Positions 49,801 to 61,494 of a DNA stretch of 61,494 bases are shown piece after piece; the first letter of the stretch is position 1, and every line of letters begins with the position of its first letter. The stretch is from Gekko japonicus. Taxonomy: Eukaryota. The position numbers and the translations under genes are program-made. The notes under the pieces are model-generated. The model had not been told where the DNA came from. It did not search any database and saw only the letters and a program-made list of their open reading frames with translations. The stretch covers positions 1,017,259 through 1,078,752 of the forward strand of contig NW_015160224.1 of assembly GCF_001447785.1 (NCBI RefSeq), read 5' to 3'.

Positions 49801-50983
49801 GGCCTTGGCCTTGGCCTTGGCCGCCAGCGACACACACACACACCCCAACACTCCAGGGTCTTCTCTTCTAGCTCCTTCCTGGCCTCCCTTCTCAGTCTCC
49901 GCCTCCTCCTGACCGCTTGGCTGCCTTGGGCCTTTTGGCTGGCGATTCCTTGCGCATCCCAGGCTGGCCCTTTCTGTGCTGCTCTGGATACGGATATTCC
50001 AGTCAACGGAGCCAGCATGGCGACGCAGGGTGCGTGTCGGCCCCGGTAGGTGAGGGAAGAAGGGAGGCTGCTGCTTTGTGGTGAGAAGGGACCTCTATCT
50101 AAAAAATAAGAATTTTGCCCCCCCAAAAATTAAATTCAAGAACAAGGATCAAAATGATTTTAATAAATGAGGTAAATAGGTCGTTTCAGGTGGGAGGAGT
50201 AGAACAGGAGGGAGGCTCTTGGTCACATGGAATGTGGTTGAGAAGCAGAAACCCAGAGGCAGACGTGAGAAGGCTTGGCATTTAATTTAGTGGTGGTGGT
50301 GGGGAGAAATGCTGCTGAGACTGAATTTGCTGATAGGTGGAGACTCTCTAGAGCGACTGGCAGTGCAGCGTGCAGGATTGCATTGTTAGTGGGGCAAGAG
50401 CTGCACTTCGTACCGGCTCAAGGAGTCCTTTCATCTGTCCTGACTTCGTACGTTCCCAGACTGAGGCCTGGAATAGAAAAGAGGCATCAAGGCCTGGTAA
50501 ATCCTGCAGAAGTGAAGCCCTGGTGCCTTGGCCTTTAACTGGGAATCGTGCTGGGAGCCAGGTCCAAACCTTCTCTCTTCCTCATGGAAGTCTTTGGAGC
50601 AGTGGGCACATTTAGGTTTCACTCCAGAAGTGCCTCCATTTATATTTGGCCATGCAGGTGAGTGGCAGCCAGCTCTGTGAACAGAGAATGTGAAGGAGGC
50701 TCCCTTAGAGAGATGCTTGCCTACGCGTGTCACTGCAGGGCCTCTGGGTTCCGGCTGCCTGCGCCTGCCTTGGGTTGCTCCTGCGAGTTACTCACCCTTT
50801 GGGTGGCCCACCTGTCATCTAAAGGACCTTTTCTGTTGTGGCCCCCACTTTGTGGAACAGTCTCCTGGGGTGTGTGTAGGGTTGCCAGCCTCCAGGTGGG
50901 GCCTCAAGACCTCCCAGAATCACAACTGGTCTCCAGACAACAACGGTCAGTTCCCCTGGAGAAAATGGCTGTCTTGGAGGGTG

Positions 50984-51535
50984 TGTTGAGGTACTAAGAC
51001 ATAAGCTGTTCCAGATCATATGCATCTGCCTGACAGATGACAGCTCCTAATTAACAGAGACGACTGGAGCAAACTAGTTTTAGCCGGTGCTGGAGAGCTG
51101 GAGTCAGAATGACTCAGCTCAAGGTACTGATTGGCTACTGACATGTATATATGTAGTTACTGTACAGTCTATTCAGTTCCCTCTTGATAGGCGGATGCTT
51201 GGCGAAGCACTTTGCTTGTTGCTTGTGTATACCGGCATCACCAACAACCTTGTAAATAAACTTGTAAATACTTTCTACACTTAACCGTGTGGACAGTAGA
51301 CGTCTTTGGACTGGACTCTCTTTTGCTAGATCGGTGCAGGCATTCAACACACTATCCTAACACGGTTATGGGCCCAGAACCCGCTGCAGCCTGTGCCATG
51401 TGCTGGATATAATAGCAGAGCACCAAAGGAGTACCATAGTGGATGTCTGCCAGCGATCCTGAGTCAGAGGTATTCGAGGAAAGTGACCACAAGTCTGCTG
51501 AGCCTGAGGAAAGCCGTATGGCCCAGATACCGATG
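50984..51535 (+). mobile_element. Copia-type retrotransposon remnant: LTR (50984-51362), PBS and short internal stub
   Basis: TGTTGA...CTAACA LTR with TATATA and AATAAA; PBS GGTTATGGGCCCAG at 51364-51377. Confidence 0.75.
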
Positions 51536-51799
51536 AACTCCATGGCATTCTACCCTGCTGAGGTCCCTGTCCTACTCAGACACCCTGCCCTCTCCAGACT
51601 CCACCCACAGCTCCCCAAGGTTTCCCCAACCCAAAGTTGGCAACCCTTGGTGCAGGGGGTGCTTTCTCTAGATGTCTTTTGCCTCTTTGCCGGGGCTTTT
51701 CATAGGGATAGACTTAGGGTTGGCAGCCTCCAGGTGGTGGCTAGAGACCTCTTGCTATGACAACTGACCTCCAGGCAACAGAGATCAGTTCCAAGGCTA

Positions 51800-52680
51800 G
51801 TCAGACATCCCTGGGGCCGGGGCCTGCTAAAAGATGTTGATTTGCGGACCTCAGTGTCCTCCAGGGCTCATATGGGGGAGAGGTGGTCTCGAAGGTATGC
51901 TGGCCCCTGGCCATATAGGGCTCTAAAGGTAAGCACCAGCACCCTGAAATGGATCCGGCATTCAATAGGCAGCCAGTGCAGGTCATGCAGCACTGGGTGG
52001 ATGTGTGCCCGCACAGGCATCACCGTCAACACCTGCGCTGCTGCATTCTGCACTAGCTGCAACGTCTGGAGCAGAGTCAAGGGCAGCCCCACATAGAGTT
52101 ACAGTGGTCCAGTCTAGAAGTCACCATTGCATAGGTCACTGTAGCCAGTTCCTGGGGAATGGGATATGGGGCCAACTGCCTGATCTGCCACAGATGAAAA
52201 AACCCAGACCTGACAGTGGTGGTGACCTGGGCCTCCATAGAACGGGAGACATCCAGGAACACCCCGAGACTCTTCTCCCTCAATACTGGCACCAATGGAG
52301 CACCATCAAAGGTTGGGAGCCTGATTCCCTGACCCAGTCCACCGGGACTCAGGTACAGGACCTCCGTCTTTGATGGATTTAACTTCAGCCAACTCTGTCA
52401 CAACCAGCCAGCCACAGCTTGCATCCAGATCACCTGGGGTCATGTCCAGGTGACCGTCCATCAGTAGATAGAGCTGGGAGTCATCCGCATACTTGTGACA
52501 ACCTAGCTAATATCTCCAGATAATCTGGGCAAGGGGGCGCATACAGATATTAAACAACATGGGGGAGAGAATGGCTCCCTGCTGCACACCACATTCCAGC
52601 AGGTGCCACTGAGATAACTCCCCCCCCCCCAGCACTACCCTCTGTCCCTGATCCTGGAGAAAAGAGGTCAGCCACCATCC
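51800..52680 (-). mobile_element. L2 LINE ORF2 fragment
   Basis: GAILSPMLFNICMRPL; LQLVQNAAAQVLT...HIHPVLHDLHWLPIECRIHFRVLVLTFRALYGQGPAYLRDHL. Confidence 0.88.
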
Positions 52681-52822
52681 CATGTTGCATATATGAAGGA
52701 GTGGGGAGGGGAGGGGAGTCCTTGGGAGCTCTCTGCCAGCATAGTGAAATAAGGGCTGAACTTCAGTTCCCTCCCTGTTAGAGATATTTAAGCCCAGGTC
52801 TGGCCAGAGTAGGGTTGCCAAC

Positions 52823-53140
52823 TAGGGTTGCCAAGGCAAAAAACCTCACTGGTGGGGGAGCCTCGCCGGGCTCTGGGAGCTGTCTCCGGATGCCCGCGCG
52901 TGCGCCGCCAGCGCATCACCAGAAGTGACGTGCGACGTCGACCATGTTGAGGGTGTGGCCCCGATCGTCAGAGGGAAAACCATAGTTTTCCCTCCGACGA
53001 TCCGGGCCACGCCCCCAACATGGTCAACGTGGTTGCGCTTCGGGGGCGGAGTTCCCCCCCGGGGCCCGATTCCATGGCGCCGGAAATCGGGCCTCCAAAG
53101 CGGGGGTTTACCCGCCACCCACCCCCACTTGGCAGCCCTA
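52823..53140. mobile_element. CpG-rich palindromic MITE
   Basis: TAGGGTTGCCAAG...CTTGGCAGCCCTA termini; internal inverted repeat centred on GGGAAAACCATAGTTTTCCC. Confidence 0.6.
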
Positions 53141-53512
53141 AATATTCTGAGAGCAAAACCTGCACCTCCCGGACTCTTGCTGGCCTGACCTCTGCTCAGA
53201 CAGACTTTCCTCCCCTGGAAGGTGGGATCCAGTGGGCCTTAGGGTACATATTCCACCACCAGCCCAGCAATGCTCCCTGTAATATTCTGCAATATGCACG
53301 TACCCGTTATCACTCCAGCCATCTTTGGAGGCCCCTGCACATGGCAGGCGGCTAGATGGGCAGCAACCCCAAAAAAGAGCCTTCTCGGTGGTGGCACCAA
53401 AACTTTCAGACTCCCTCCCCAGGGAGATTTTGTCTGTCTCCCTCAATCAGTGTCTTTAGCCAGCAAAGGGAGGACTTCTTTGGGTTCCATCTGGCATTCC
53501 CCCAATACTGGT

Positions 53513-54150
53513 TATTTATTTATTTATTTATTATTTCGGTTTCTATCCCACTCGAACCCCCCATGGGTCTCTGAGCGGCTTACAGTATTCTTAATTAACC
53601 CTATCTATGGCCACATTTCAATCGGGGTGGGGACTACCCTACCGGCACCCTGTGGAAGGAGTTGTTGTACTTCTCACTCCTGGTTCGGCTGATGGCTCTG
53701 CGCTTTGTTCCGTTCTCCTTCTTGCAATCCTCGGTGTCGGCTGGTAGGTCCATTTGGTGCACGGCTCGTATCGGCGCGGCCTTGGCTCCGTCCATCGTGG
53801 CTCCGCCTGTGCCTCACACTCCCCTGCGTCTCCTGGCTCTGCCTGCCGACGTCTGGTCACAGCTTGCTGATGTTGTGCTCGATCGCCATTTTTCGCCGCT
53901 CGCCATCGAAGTTCTTCACTCGCCACCGATGTTCCACCCCCTTAATGGTGGAAGGGTGCTCCCTGCCATGTAAGGCAGGTACCCGATTTATCTACTCGCA
54001 TCATGATGTAATTTATTGCTTTCGAACCGCTGGGTGGGCAGGAGCTAGGATTAGGGCCAGGAGCTCACTCTGGCCGCGGTGGATTCGAACAGCTGTAGCA
54101 GCTGTTTGCAGATGTTACCAGCAGGTGGGTCTAACCACCTGCGCCACCGC
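53513..54150 (-). mobile_element. Composite SINE: Sauria-type head, unknown body, L2-type (TAAA)n tail
   Basis: 7-bp TSD TACTGGT at 53506-53512 and 54151-54157; interrupts an L2 3' end (~53180-54310). Confidence 0.7.
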
Positions 54151-54985
54151 TACTGGTATTGTTTCCCTATGTGTTTTTAATTGACTGTTTTATCATTTTA
54201 AATGTATTTTTAATTGCTCAAATGTTGTAATGTGTGTGTGTGTTTTAAGTTCGTCACCTTGTGGACCCTGCTGGGGTGGAAAGGTGGCATAAAAATGTTT
54301 TAAATGATACAGAATAATAATTTATCTTGCATTTTCGATGTCTCCTCAGTCCCTGGTGATATTATCTGATAAGGGAAGGTGTTTGGGTAGTTTTAAAAGA
54401 AGTAGCAGCCATTCAGGTGGGCCAGAGCTCAGTGGTAGAACTTGGCATGCAGGAGGTTCCAGCTTCAGTGGCTAGCACCTCTACATCGGGGTATCTCTGG
54501 AATCTCTGGTACCTTTGCCCGATACCCTGGAACCCTGCTGCCAATCACTGGAGCCAAAATGGAGCTAGATGGACCGGTGGTCTGAATCCCTGTCAAGTAG
54601 CTTCTTATGGGGAAGGGCTGTGGTTCAGCGGGTAGGACATCAGCCTCACCTGCAGAAGATCCCAGGTTCATAAAAGCATGAGAACATTAGAACTGGCCTG
54701 GTGGAACACTCTTCCAGGGCCTGTAGAACAGAGTTGTTCTGCCGGGCCTACAGTTGAGAGCAGTACCGGACCCCCCAGCTGATAGGCTGCAGTCAGTTCT
54801 AGCCTCCCCCCTTCCCCATTATGTTCCCTTCTATATATGTTGTATACTGCCCCTCTGTGTGAATTTTTACGCCATCTTAAATTTTATAGTAACTGTCTTA
54901 TTGATTTTTGTACTTATTGTTGTTGTCCAGAAGGTTTTACGCTGTATATTCATCTGCTCTGAGCCACTTCCATGGAGAGCAGGAG

Positions 54986-54987
54986 AT

Positions 54988-55038
<51 letters not shown>
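54986..55038. repeat. (GATA)n microsatellite
   Basis: Direct reading. Confidence 0.95.
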
Positions 55039-55442
55039 CCCATCCTGCCTCACACAATGGACAACCAGTTCCTCTGGATGGTCAACAACAGGCCATAGAG
55101 GTCGAGGCCTTCCCCTGAATTGCCTCCTGGCTTAGCGCCTCTGAATGTGGAGGTTCCCCTCAGTCACCATGGCTAGTAGCCATTGGCAGACTTATCCTCC
55201 ATGAATCTATCTAATCCCCTTTTGAAGCCATCTATGCCAGTGGCCATCACCACATTCTCTGGCAGAGCTCCACATTTCAATCACTCTCTGTGTAAAGCAG
55301 TATTTTCTTTTGTCCATCCTGAACCTACTGCCCATCAGCTTCATTGGATGCCCTCGAGTTCTGGTATTGTGGGAGAGGGAGAAAAAGTTCTCTTGGTCAA
55401 CTCTCTCCACTCCATGCCTGATTTTATAAACCTCTCTGTCAT
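55039..55442 (-). mobile_element. CR1 3' fragment
   Basis: EVYKIRHGVERVDQENFFSLSHNTRTRGHPMKL...RKYCFTQRVIEMW. Confidence 0.85.
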
Positions 55443-57503
55443 GTTGGAGAGGCTGCCAGTCAGAGCAGGCAATACTGGCCTTGATAGAATACAGGTCAGA
55501 CTCAGTATAAGGTAGCTTCTTATGGGGAGAGGCTGTGGCCCAGTGGCAAAACATCTGCTTTGTAGGCAGAGGGTCCTAGGTTCTTGACCCCCAGTTTCAG
55601 AGGATCTCAAGGAGGAGCGTTTCCACCCGAGACTGAGGAGACTCTGCTATGGCAACTTCCACACAAACCCCTCCTCCCCTCCCTCTCTCTCTCCTTGCTG
55701 CTACTTAATGCTGTGACTCTTTTGCCAGAGTAATCAAGAAAACATCGTTGGAAGAGAGACAGGCAACACAACTATCTCATTCTGCTTTACCAGGACACCT
55801 GCCGAGCAAAACAGAGGCTCATAATGGCTGCTACTCCTGTTCAACTATTATTGTTGGACTGTTTACAATTTGGCAGTGCCGGAATGTGTTTACACAGGAG
55901 CTGCGATACTGCCGAGAAGCCAGGACCCCGGAAACAAAGCAATCCTTTTAGGTATCGAAGCTGCTCTGGTACCAGACCGCTGGATAGCTGGCACCATGCG
56001 GATGCATTTCATAGTCCTTTGAGTGCCATCTTTCAAAGCCGAGGCCATTAGCACACAATGCAACATGCAATCGATTATTCCGTTGCTCCTCGGAGTTTCC
56101 AAGTCCTTGAACTCTGCAATTAATTTTTGAATGGTTTTTTCATGCCCAGGTTTGGAACACAGGTATTTCTGAAGGTTTCAGGCTTTGATTGGCAGAGGTG
56201 GCCTGCAGCAGAGACACAGCGATGGCCCACTGAAGGCCTATTGACCTGGATACCTTTGAAACAATGGCATGCGGGTGACGTCAGACTCGGTTTCTCCTGC
56301 CCACCTGATCCATATGGGTCTGTGGGTCTCCTAAATAGGCCTGGAGTCAGTAATGAGGCTGAATGGGGGACTATGAAATCACAGCTCAATCCAGGCAAGT
56401 TGGAGAAGGCTGTTGCTAGAATATCACCTCCAGTCATCGGTGACATGATTTATCTTTGTTTGGAATGGGGTAACACTCCCTTGGGGTTCAGAATGGGGTA
56501 ACACTCCCTGAGGCTCACTGTGATGATGACAATTGTATTTCGCTAGGACAAGAAGAAAATAAAAGGGCCACTCCAGTCACTGAAAAATAAAACTAAGGCC
56601 AAGTCCAGTGGTGCAAGTACAAGGAAAAAATATATATTATTACTCAGCTAAAAATTCCCTGCATGTTTCAGCAAGAGGCTGCTTCAGGAGAAATCTGTAA
56701 TATAGTAATACAAATGCAATACAGAATTCTCATGATTACACAACAGTGGTTATTTAATTAAAATTATACAAGTAAATACGTTTTTAAAAAAATCAAACTG
56801 CAATTTGTGCATTGTAGTATCAAGTAAATACAAAAACCATTAAGTATAACTGCTAGAGCTTATTCTGCCCTTATGACTGCATGAAAGAAAACAGGGGGAG
56901 AGAGGAAGAGAGACTCCCTATGCGTATGAGAGATAAGACAGGCCATCCAGCACTCAACAGGTTTTGGATCAATCTTAAAAGAATCTTTCCTCTGCCTAGA
57001 TGAATGCTACAAACCTGTAAGTCTTTCAGTGTTCCTTCAACAAGAGTACAAGATCAGTAGCTATAACCAGTTAGCTGAGCAGTACAATATATTTTTTCTT
57101 TTAATTGCAACAGTGGCCTTGGCCTTATTTTTATCTGACAAATGTATTTCCCCAGGAATTAAAAATTCCCTGCTGGCTCACTGTTTGCTCTCAGGTACAA
57201 TTCGAAGTATTGCTTTTGACTTAGAAGGCTAGGATATCTGAAGCCCCACCTGTCCCCCTCTGCCCACCCACTGGGGTCGCCTGTGGGAGTTCTCTGCCAG
57301 GTTTTCCCCCTTCGGAGATGGGGCAAGCATGGTCTTCTTGGTGCTGACACCCTGATTATGAGATTTCCTTCAAATATGCAATTATTAGAGTTAGATGCCA
57401 GACTATGTCTGCTGTATTCTCACAACCTGTTCCAGATGGTACTATAAATCTGCTTTGAGCCTGATGTGGAAGTGCTGAGGGAGAGCATTTAAATTGTTTT
57501 AAT

Positions 57504-57760
57504 GAGCCAGCATGGTGTAGTGGTTAAAGTGTCAGACTCTGATCTGGGAGGCCCAAGTTCAAATCCCCATTCCTCCATGGAAGCTGGCTGGGTGACCTTG
57601 AGCCAGTCACACACTCTCAGCCTAACCTGCCTCACAGGGCTGTTGTGAAGATAAAGTGGAGGAGAGGAGAAGGATGTTCAGCCACTTTGGGTCCCTCCCC
57701 ATTGGGGAAAAACGTGGGATAGAAATAAAGTAAATAAATTTATAAAATAAAATTTAAAAA
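57504..57760 (+). mobile_element. CORE/MIR-like SINE with (TAAA)n tail
   Basis: GAGCCAGCATGGTGTAGTGGTTAAAG head and CORE segment. Confidence 0.8.
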
Positions 57761-57764
57761 TTGA

Positions 57765-58205
57765 GGCCCCGGTCACACAGGCCAGATAACGCCCCGGAGC
57801 AAAATAAAGCACGGTAGCCCGATCACACAGTCCCCCGAGTCTCTGTGCGTAGGCTGTTAGCTGTTAGCTGCAGCGTGGCAAAGAAGCGGCGCGGCGCGAT
57901 CACACAAGCGTTTCGCATTTGTGTGCATGCGCTTACAAAAAACATCCGTTTTGCAACGGGACGTGGACAGGCGCCAGATGCCACGGGATACTAGCGCTTC
58001 TGCGATCAGACGCCCACCTGTGCCGCGCGTTTTCCGGATACTAGTGCACTTTCCTTGGTACTTTTTAACTCTGCATCTTCGGCGGGATGCCACAGGTTGG
58101 CCACGGGTGCGCTACGCTTCCCAGATGTTGCAGTGTGATCGCGCCCTGAAAATCCACCCGACATTAGTGCCTTTCACGCGGCAAAATCTCCGTGTGACCG
58201 GGGCC
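57765..58205. mobile_element. PIF/Harbinger MITE
   Basis: Termini GGCCCCGGTCACAC / GTGTGACCGGGGCC; 3-bp TSD TGA. Confidence 0.88.
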
Positions 58206-58349
58206 TGAGTAAAGAAATGGCAGAAAAATGGAACATATTTTATTTTATTAAACAAATTTTCAAAGAGGCTCTGTTTGCAGTTAGTATCAATGCCTGGTCG
58301 GTCCTCACCTTTTGGAGATTAGAGCAGCCATTGGGGGACCATTAGGAGG

Positions 58350-58562
58350 AGGGGCTGTGGCTCATTGGCAGAGCCTCTGCTTGGCATGCAGAAGGTCCTG
58401 GGTTCAACCTCTGATATCTCCAGTTAAAAAGGACCAGGCAGTAGGTGGTGCAAAAGACCTCTGCCTGGGACCCTGGAGAGCCGCTGCCAGTCAGAGTAGA
58501 CGAGACTGATCTCGATGGACCCCAAGGGTCTGATTCAGCAGAAGGCAACTTCTTGTGTTCAT
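58350..58562 (+). mobile_element. tRNA/CR1-tail SINE
   Basis: Same family as 42645. Confidence 0.8.
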
Positions 58563-59653
58563 TTGAAATAGACACCATCCCAGATCAAGAGCATTTGCTG
58601 AGGAATCACTGGGGACCAATTTTTACTCTGGGCCTGTGAAGCAATCAGATCTGCCTGAGAAGCCCCACTGTGTGTCTCATGAAGTCCAGATTTTGGAGGA
58701 GGGGGTGCTTGAGTTTCAGGACTGAGCTCTCTGAAATTCCCTTTACACAAATCCTAGAGTGAAGTCTTCATAGAACTTCTTGCTGTCCCTTGGATCCAGC
58801 TGCAAGTCTTCAGTGGGACGTGGGGGGGGATATACATTTTAATGGGCTTGTATTTGAGGATTTGCCTTGTATTGTCTCACGTACAGTAAAAACTCTGGAT
58901 TCTGGCTACCTAGGAACTGGTATTCTAAGGTATACTGCCCTGCCCTTCATGGTTCCATTTAATCATCATGGTTAATAGCCAGTGATGGGATTACCTATCC
59001 ATGATTTCTCCCTCTATTTCCTTTTAAAACCATTTAAATTGGAGACTTTCACTACAACCGAAGGCAGTGAGTTCTGCAAATCCATCACTCGTTGTGCAAA
59101 GCAGTGGGAGTGGTTTGTTTTACTTCTTCTGAAGTAAATGCCTGGCAACTCACCTTCAGTTTTACCCTGAATCTACTGCCCGTCAGCTTTCTTGGGTGTT
59201 CCCAAGTTCTAGTTTAAAAGAAGGAGAACTCAGTCATCTCCCCCCCCCCATCTTTTCTTAAGACTGGGGTCCTCAGTCTTTTTGAGGCTGCGGGCACCTT
59301 TGAACTTCTGAAACAGCATGCTGGGCACCGTCACAAAATGGCGGCTGCAGAAGGTGGAGCCAGCCACAAAATGCCTGGCAACTCACCTTCAGTTTTACAG
59401 TGAAAATCCTTGTGCTGTGGTGGCACAGCCAATCAAATCTCCCATGGCCAATCAGAAGCCTTGCTGGGCAAAAGCCCCAACTGGTCCCACCTACTTTCTA
59501 CAGACACTGGGTGGAAAGTTTCAGTGGGCGCCCAGTTGGGGATCCCTGTCTGTCTCAGACTCTCCTGCAGGGAAGGTGTTCCTACTCATTGATAATCTTG
59601 GTTGCCCTTTTTCTGCACCTTTTCCAGCTAACATGTTTTAGCTGGTCTGACTA

Positions 59654-60205
59654 AGCCCTTTTCGCATTACCTTTCTGAACTGGATATTATTCGTTATTGG
59701 CCTGTCATTGCGTAGTGATCCAGGGGCGGAGGTTTCACACAACAATTTTCTTCCTGTTAATGAGCCATGTCTGAAGTGTTATGGCCATTTCAAACTGCGC
59801 AACTTCCCCCCCACACTTTTTCACCTTGCGCGTGATCTTCCTTGGGTTTTTAAAAAAATGTTCTACTGGGAGTGCTATGGCGCTAAATCTTCCTTGGGTT
59901 TGTTTGTTTTTTTAATGTTCTACTGGGAGTGCTATGGCGCTAAAACAGGACCACAAATTGGCACCATAGCGGCACCATTTTGATGCCTGGACTCCATTGA
60001 GACTCACTGAGGCATCTCAATGGTGCCGCTATGGCACCAACTTGAGGTGCTGTTTCAGTGCCATAGCGCTCCCAAGAGAACATTTAAAAAAAACCTTGAA
60101 GATCGCACACGGGGCAAAAAAGGGCAGGGGGAAGCAGCAAAGCAGGAAGCACTAGTGGGCATTTCATACAGCGCACCATAGTGATTCAGAAATGCAAAAA
60201 GGGGT
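59654..60205. mobile_element. Palindromic Harbinger-like MITE
   Basis: AGCCCTTTTCGCATT / AATGCAAAAAGGGGT termini; internal hairpin ~59914-60085. Confidence 0.55.
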
Positions 60206-61494
60206 TGAAATGGGAAGACAGTAGTTTACATCAACAATACCTCAGGCACACGTCACCAACGGGAGACAACCGGGATTGTATGAAAAGGTAAATAAATTCC
60301 ACTAGCAGCCGGTTACTAAAATGGGTCTGTCTGAAATAACAGGGGGGGGGTTAGTAACCAGTTACTGAAACGGAAATACGTAGGCAGTCTGAAAATGGCC
60401 TTCAAAACTGTTCCAAATGTAGCCACAGCATCGATCTATACAAAGGCATTATAATATTGTGTGTTGTTGTCAGTCTCTTTTCTAAGAATCTCTAGCCCAA
60501 GGGTTTGCCTTTGAAATCACATACCAAAATGTGGAGGGTGCACATGGATTGTGGAGGGTCATTTATCATTTGCCTCTCAAGTTTCGTGGCAAAGGATCTT
60601 GCAGATGGCTGCCCATCACTTGAGCTGATCTCCATTCAGTTCTGCACACTTCAAGATGTCTTTGTTTATTGACAGGAACAAATCAGCTAGGGTTTTGTCC
60701 TTCTTTGTCAAAGGGATGTTTTGTGACTTTGGACAACAATTTGTTCTTTAAAATCACATCCCTGGTTCATCCTATGCATGAGGCTATAGTTCCTCAGTGT
60801 TGAACACTTTGCACCTGTTCAGGTGTATTTTGAAATTCCCCCTTCACCTGTCCCAGGGCCTAATTCCCTGTGTTGCCAGCAGTTGGGGTTTTTTTGGGGG
60901 GGAGGCTGAATATTCCTGAAAGAACCCGCAGCCCAGGTGTGTAGGGTTAGGGGATGGATGCAGCTCCCTCATCGGGAAGGAACAGATATTCTGCACATGC
61001 TCAGAAGCCATTTTCACCATTCTAGGGCTACTCCCAGGAGTGCTGTGATACCCTGGAGTTCGTCTGTCTGTCTGTCTGTCTATCATCGTCTGCCGGAGTT
61101 TCTGTCTCAGGATGCCCCTGTTTCTCTTACCTGTTGACTTACCGGTGCTCCAGTTGCCAGTTCTGGTTTGGGAAACTCCTGGAGATTTGGGGAGGGTGGG
61201 TTCTGGGGAGGGGAGGGGCCTCAGCAGGGTGTCATGCCCTGAGTCCCCCCCTCCAAAGCAGCCAGTTTCTCCAGGGGAACTCATCTCTGCAGTCTGGAGA
61301 GGAGCTGTAACTCCCGCAAATCTCCAGCCGCCACTTTGAGACTGGCCGCCCTACGCAGAGTCCCCCCTCCAGGGACTAGTGATTGATCCACGGTCATCTG
61401 AGCTTCACAGCACGGGGGAGATCTGAATCCTTCTCTGAGACCCCCTAAAAAGGGTTGCCAACTCCGGCTTGGGAAATTCCTGGGAATTTGGTGG

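Noticed and set aside
25850-61494. PRDM12 or another protein-coding gene downstream
   Set aside because: No PR/SET or C2H2 zinc-finger exons were recognised on either strand
1-61494. CRISPR array or prokaryotic defence system
   Set aside because: No repeat-spacer array or operon structure; the sequence is intron-containing vertebrate DNA

Overview
Eukaryotic, squamate-reptile (probably gecko-like) genomic DNA with several N gaps. Bases ~2.1-25.9 kb carry the 3' half of FUBP3 (far upstream element-binding protein 3) on the + strand. I found eight GT-AG coding exons covering the RG-rich linker, the last KH domain and the C-terminal tyrosine-rich (YM/DUF1897) repeats, ending ...QAHGQ-EQ-stop, followed by a ~1.5 kb AU-rich 3'UTR. 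One of these, a 69-nt frame-preserving exon at 17094-17162, adds a third YM repeat that is absent from canonical human FUBP3 as I recall it, and it is followed by NOVA-type YCAY and RBFOX UGCAUG motifs. The rest is intron and downstream intergenic DNA dense in transposons: CR1, L2, RTE/BovB and L1-like LINE pieces; Sauria, CORE/Squam3-like, tRNA/CR1-tail and 5S-like SINEs; hAT and PIF/Harbinger MITEs; Penelope-derived hairpins, one retaining a minimal hammerhead ribozyme motif; and LTR remnants, including a copia-type LTR with a half-tRNA-iMet primer site. Several repeat-free, motif-dense blocks may be enhancers; PRDM12 follows FUBP3 in human but is not visible here. Almost all supplied ORFs are spurious. 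Family names and human comparisons come from memory, not database searches, and repeat boundaries are approximate unless a target-site duplication (TSD) is given.
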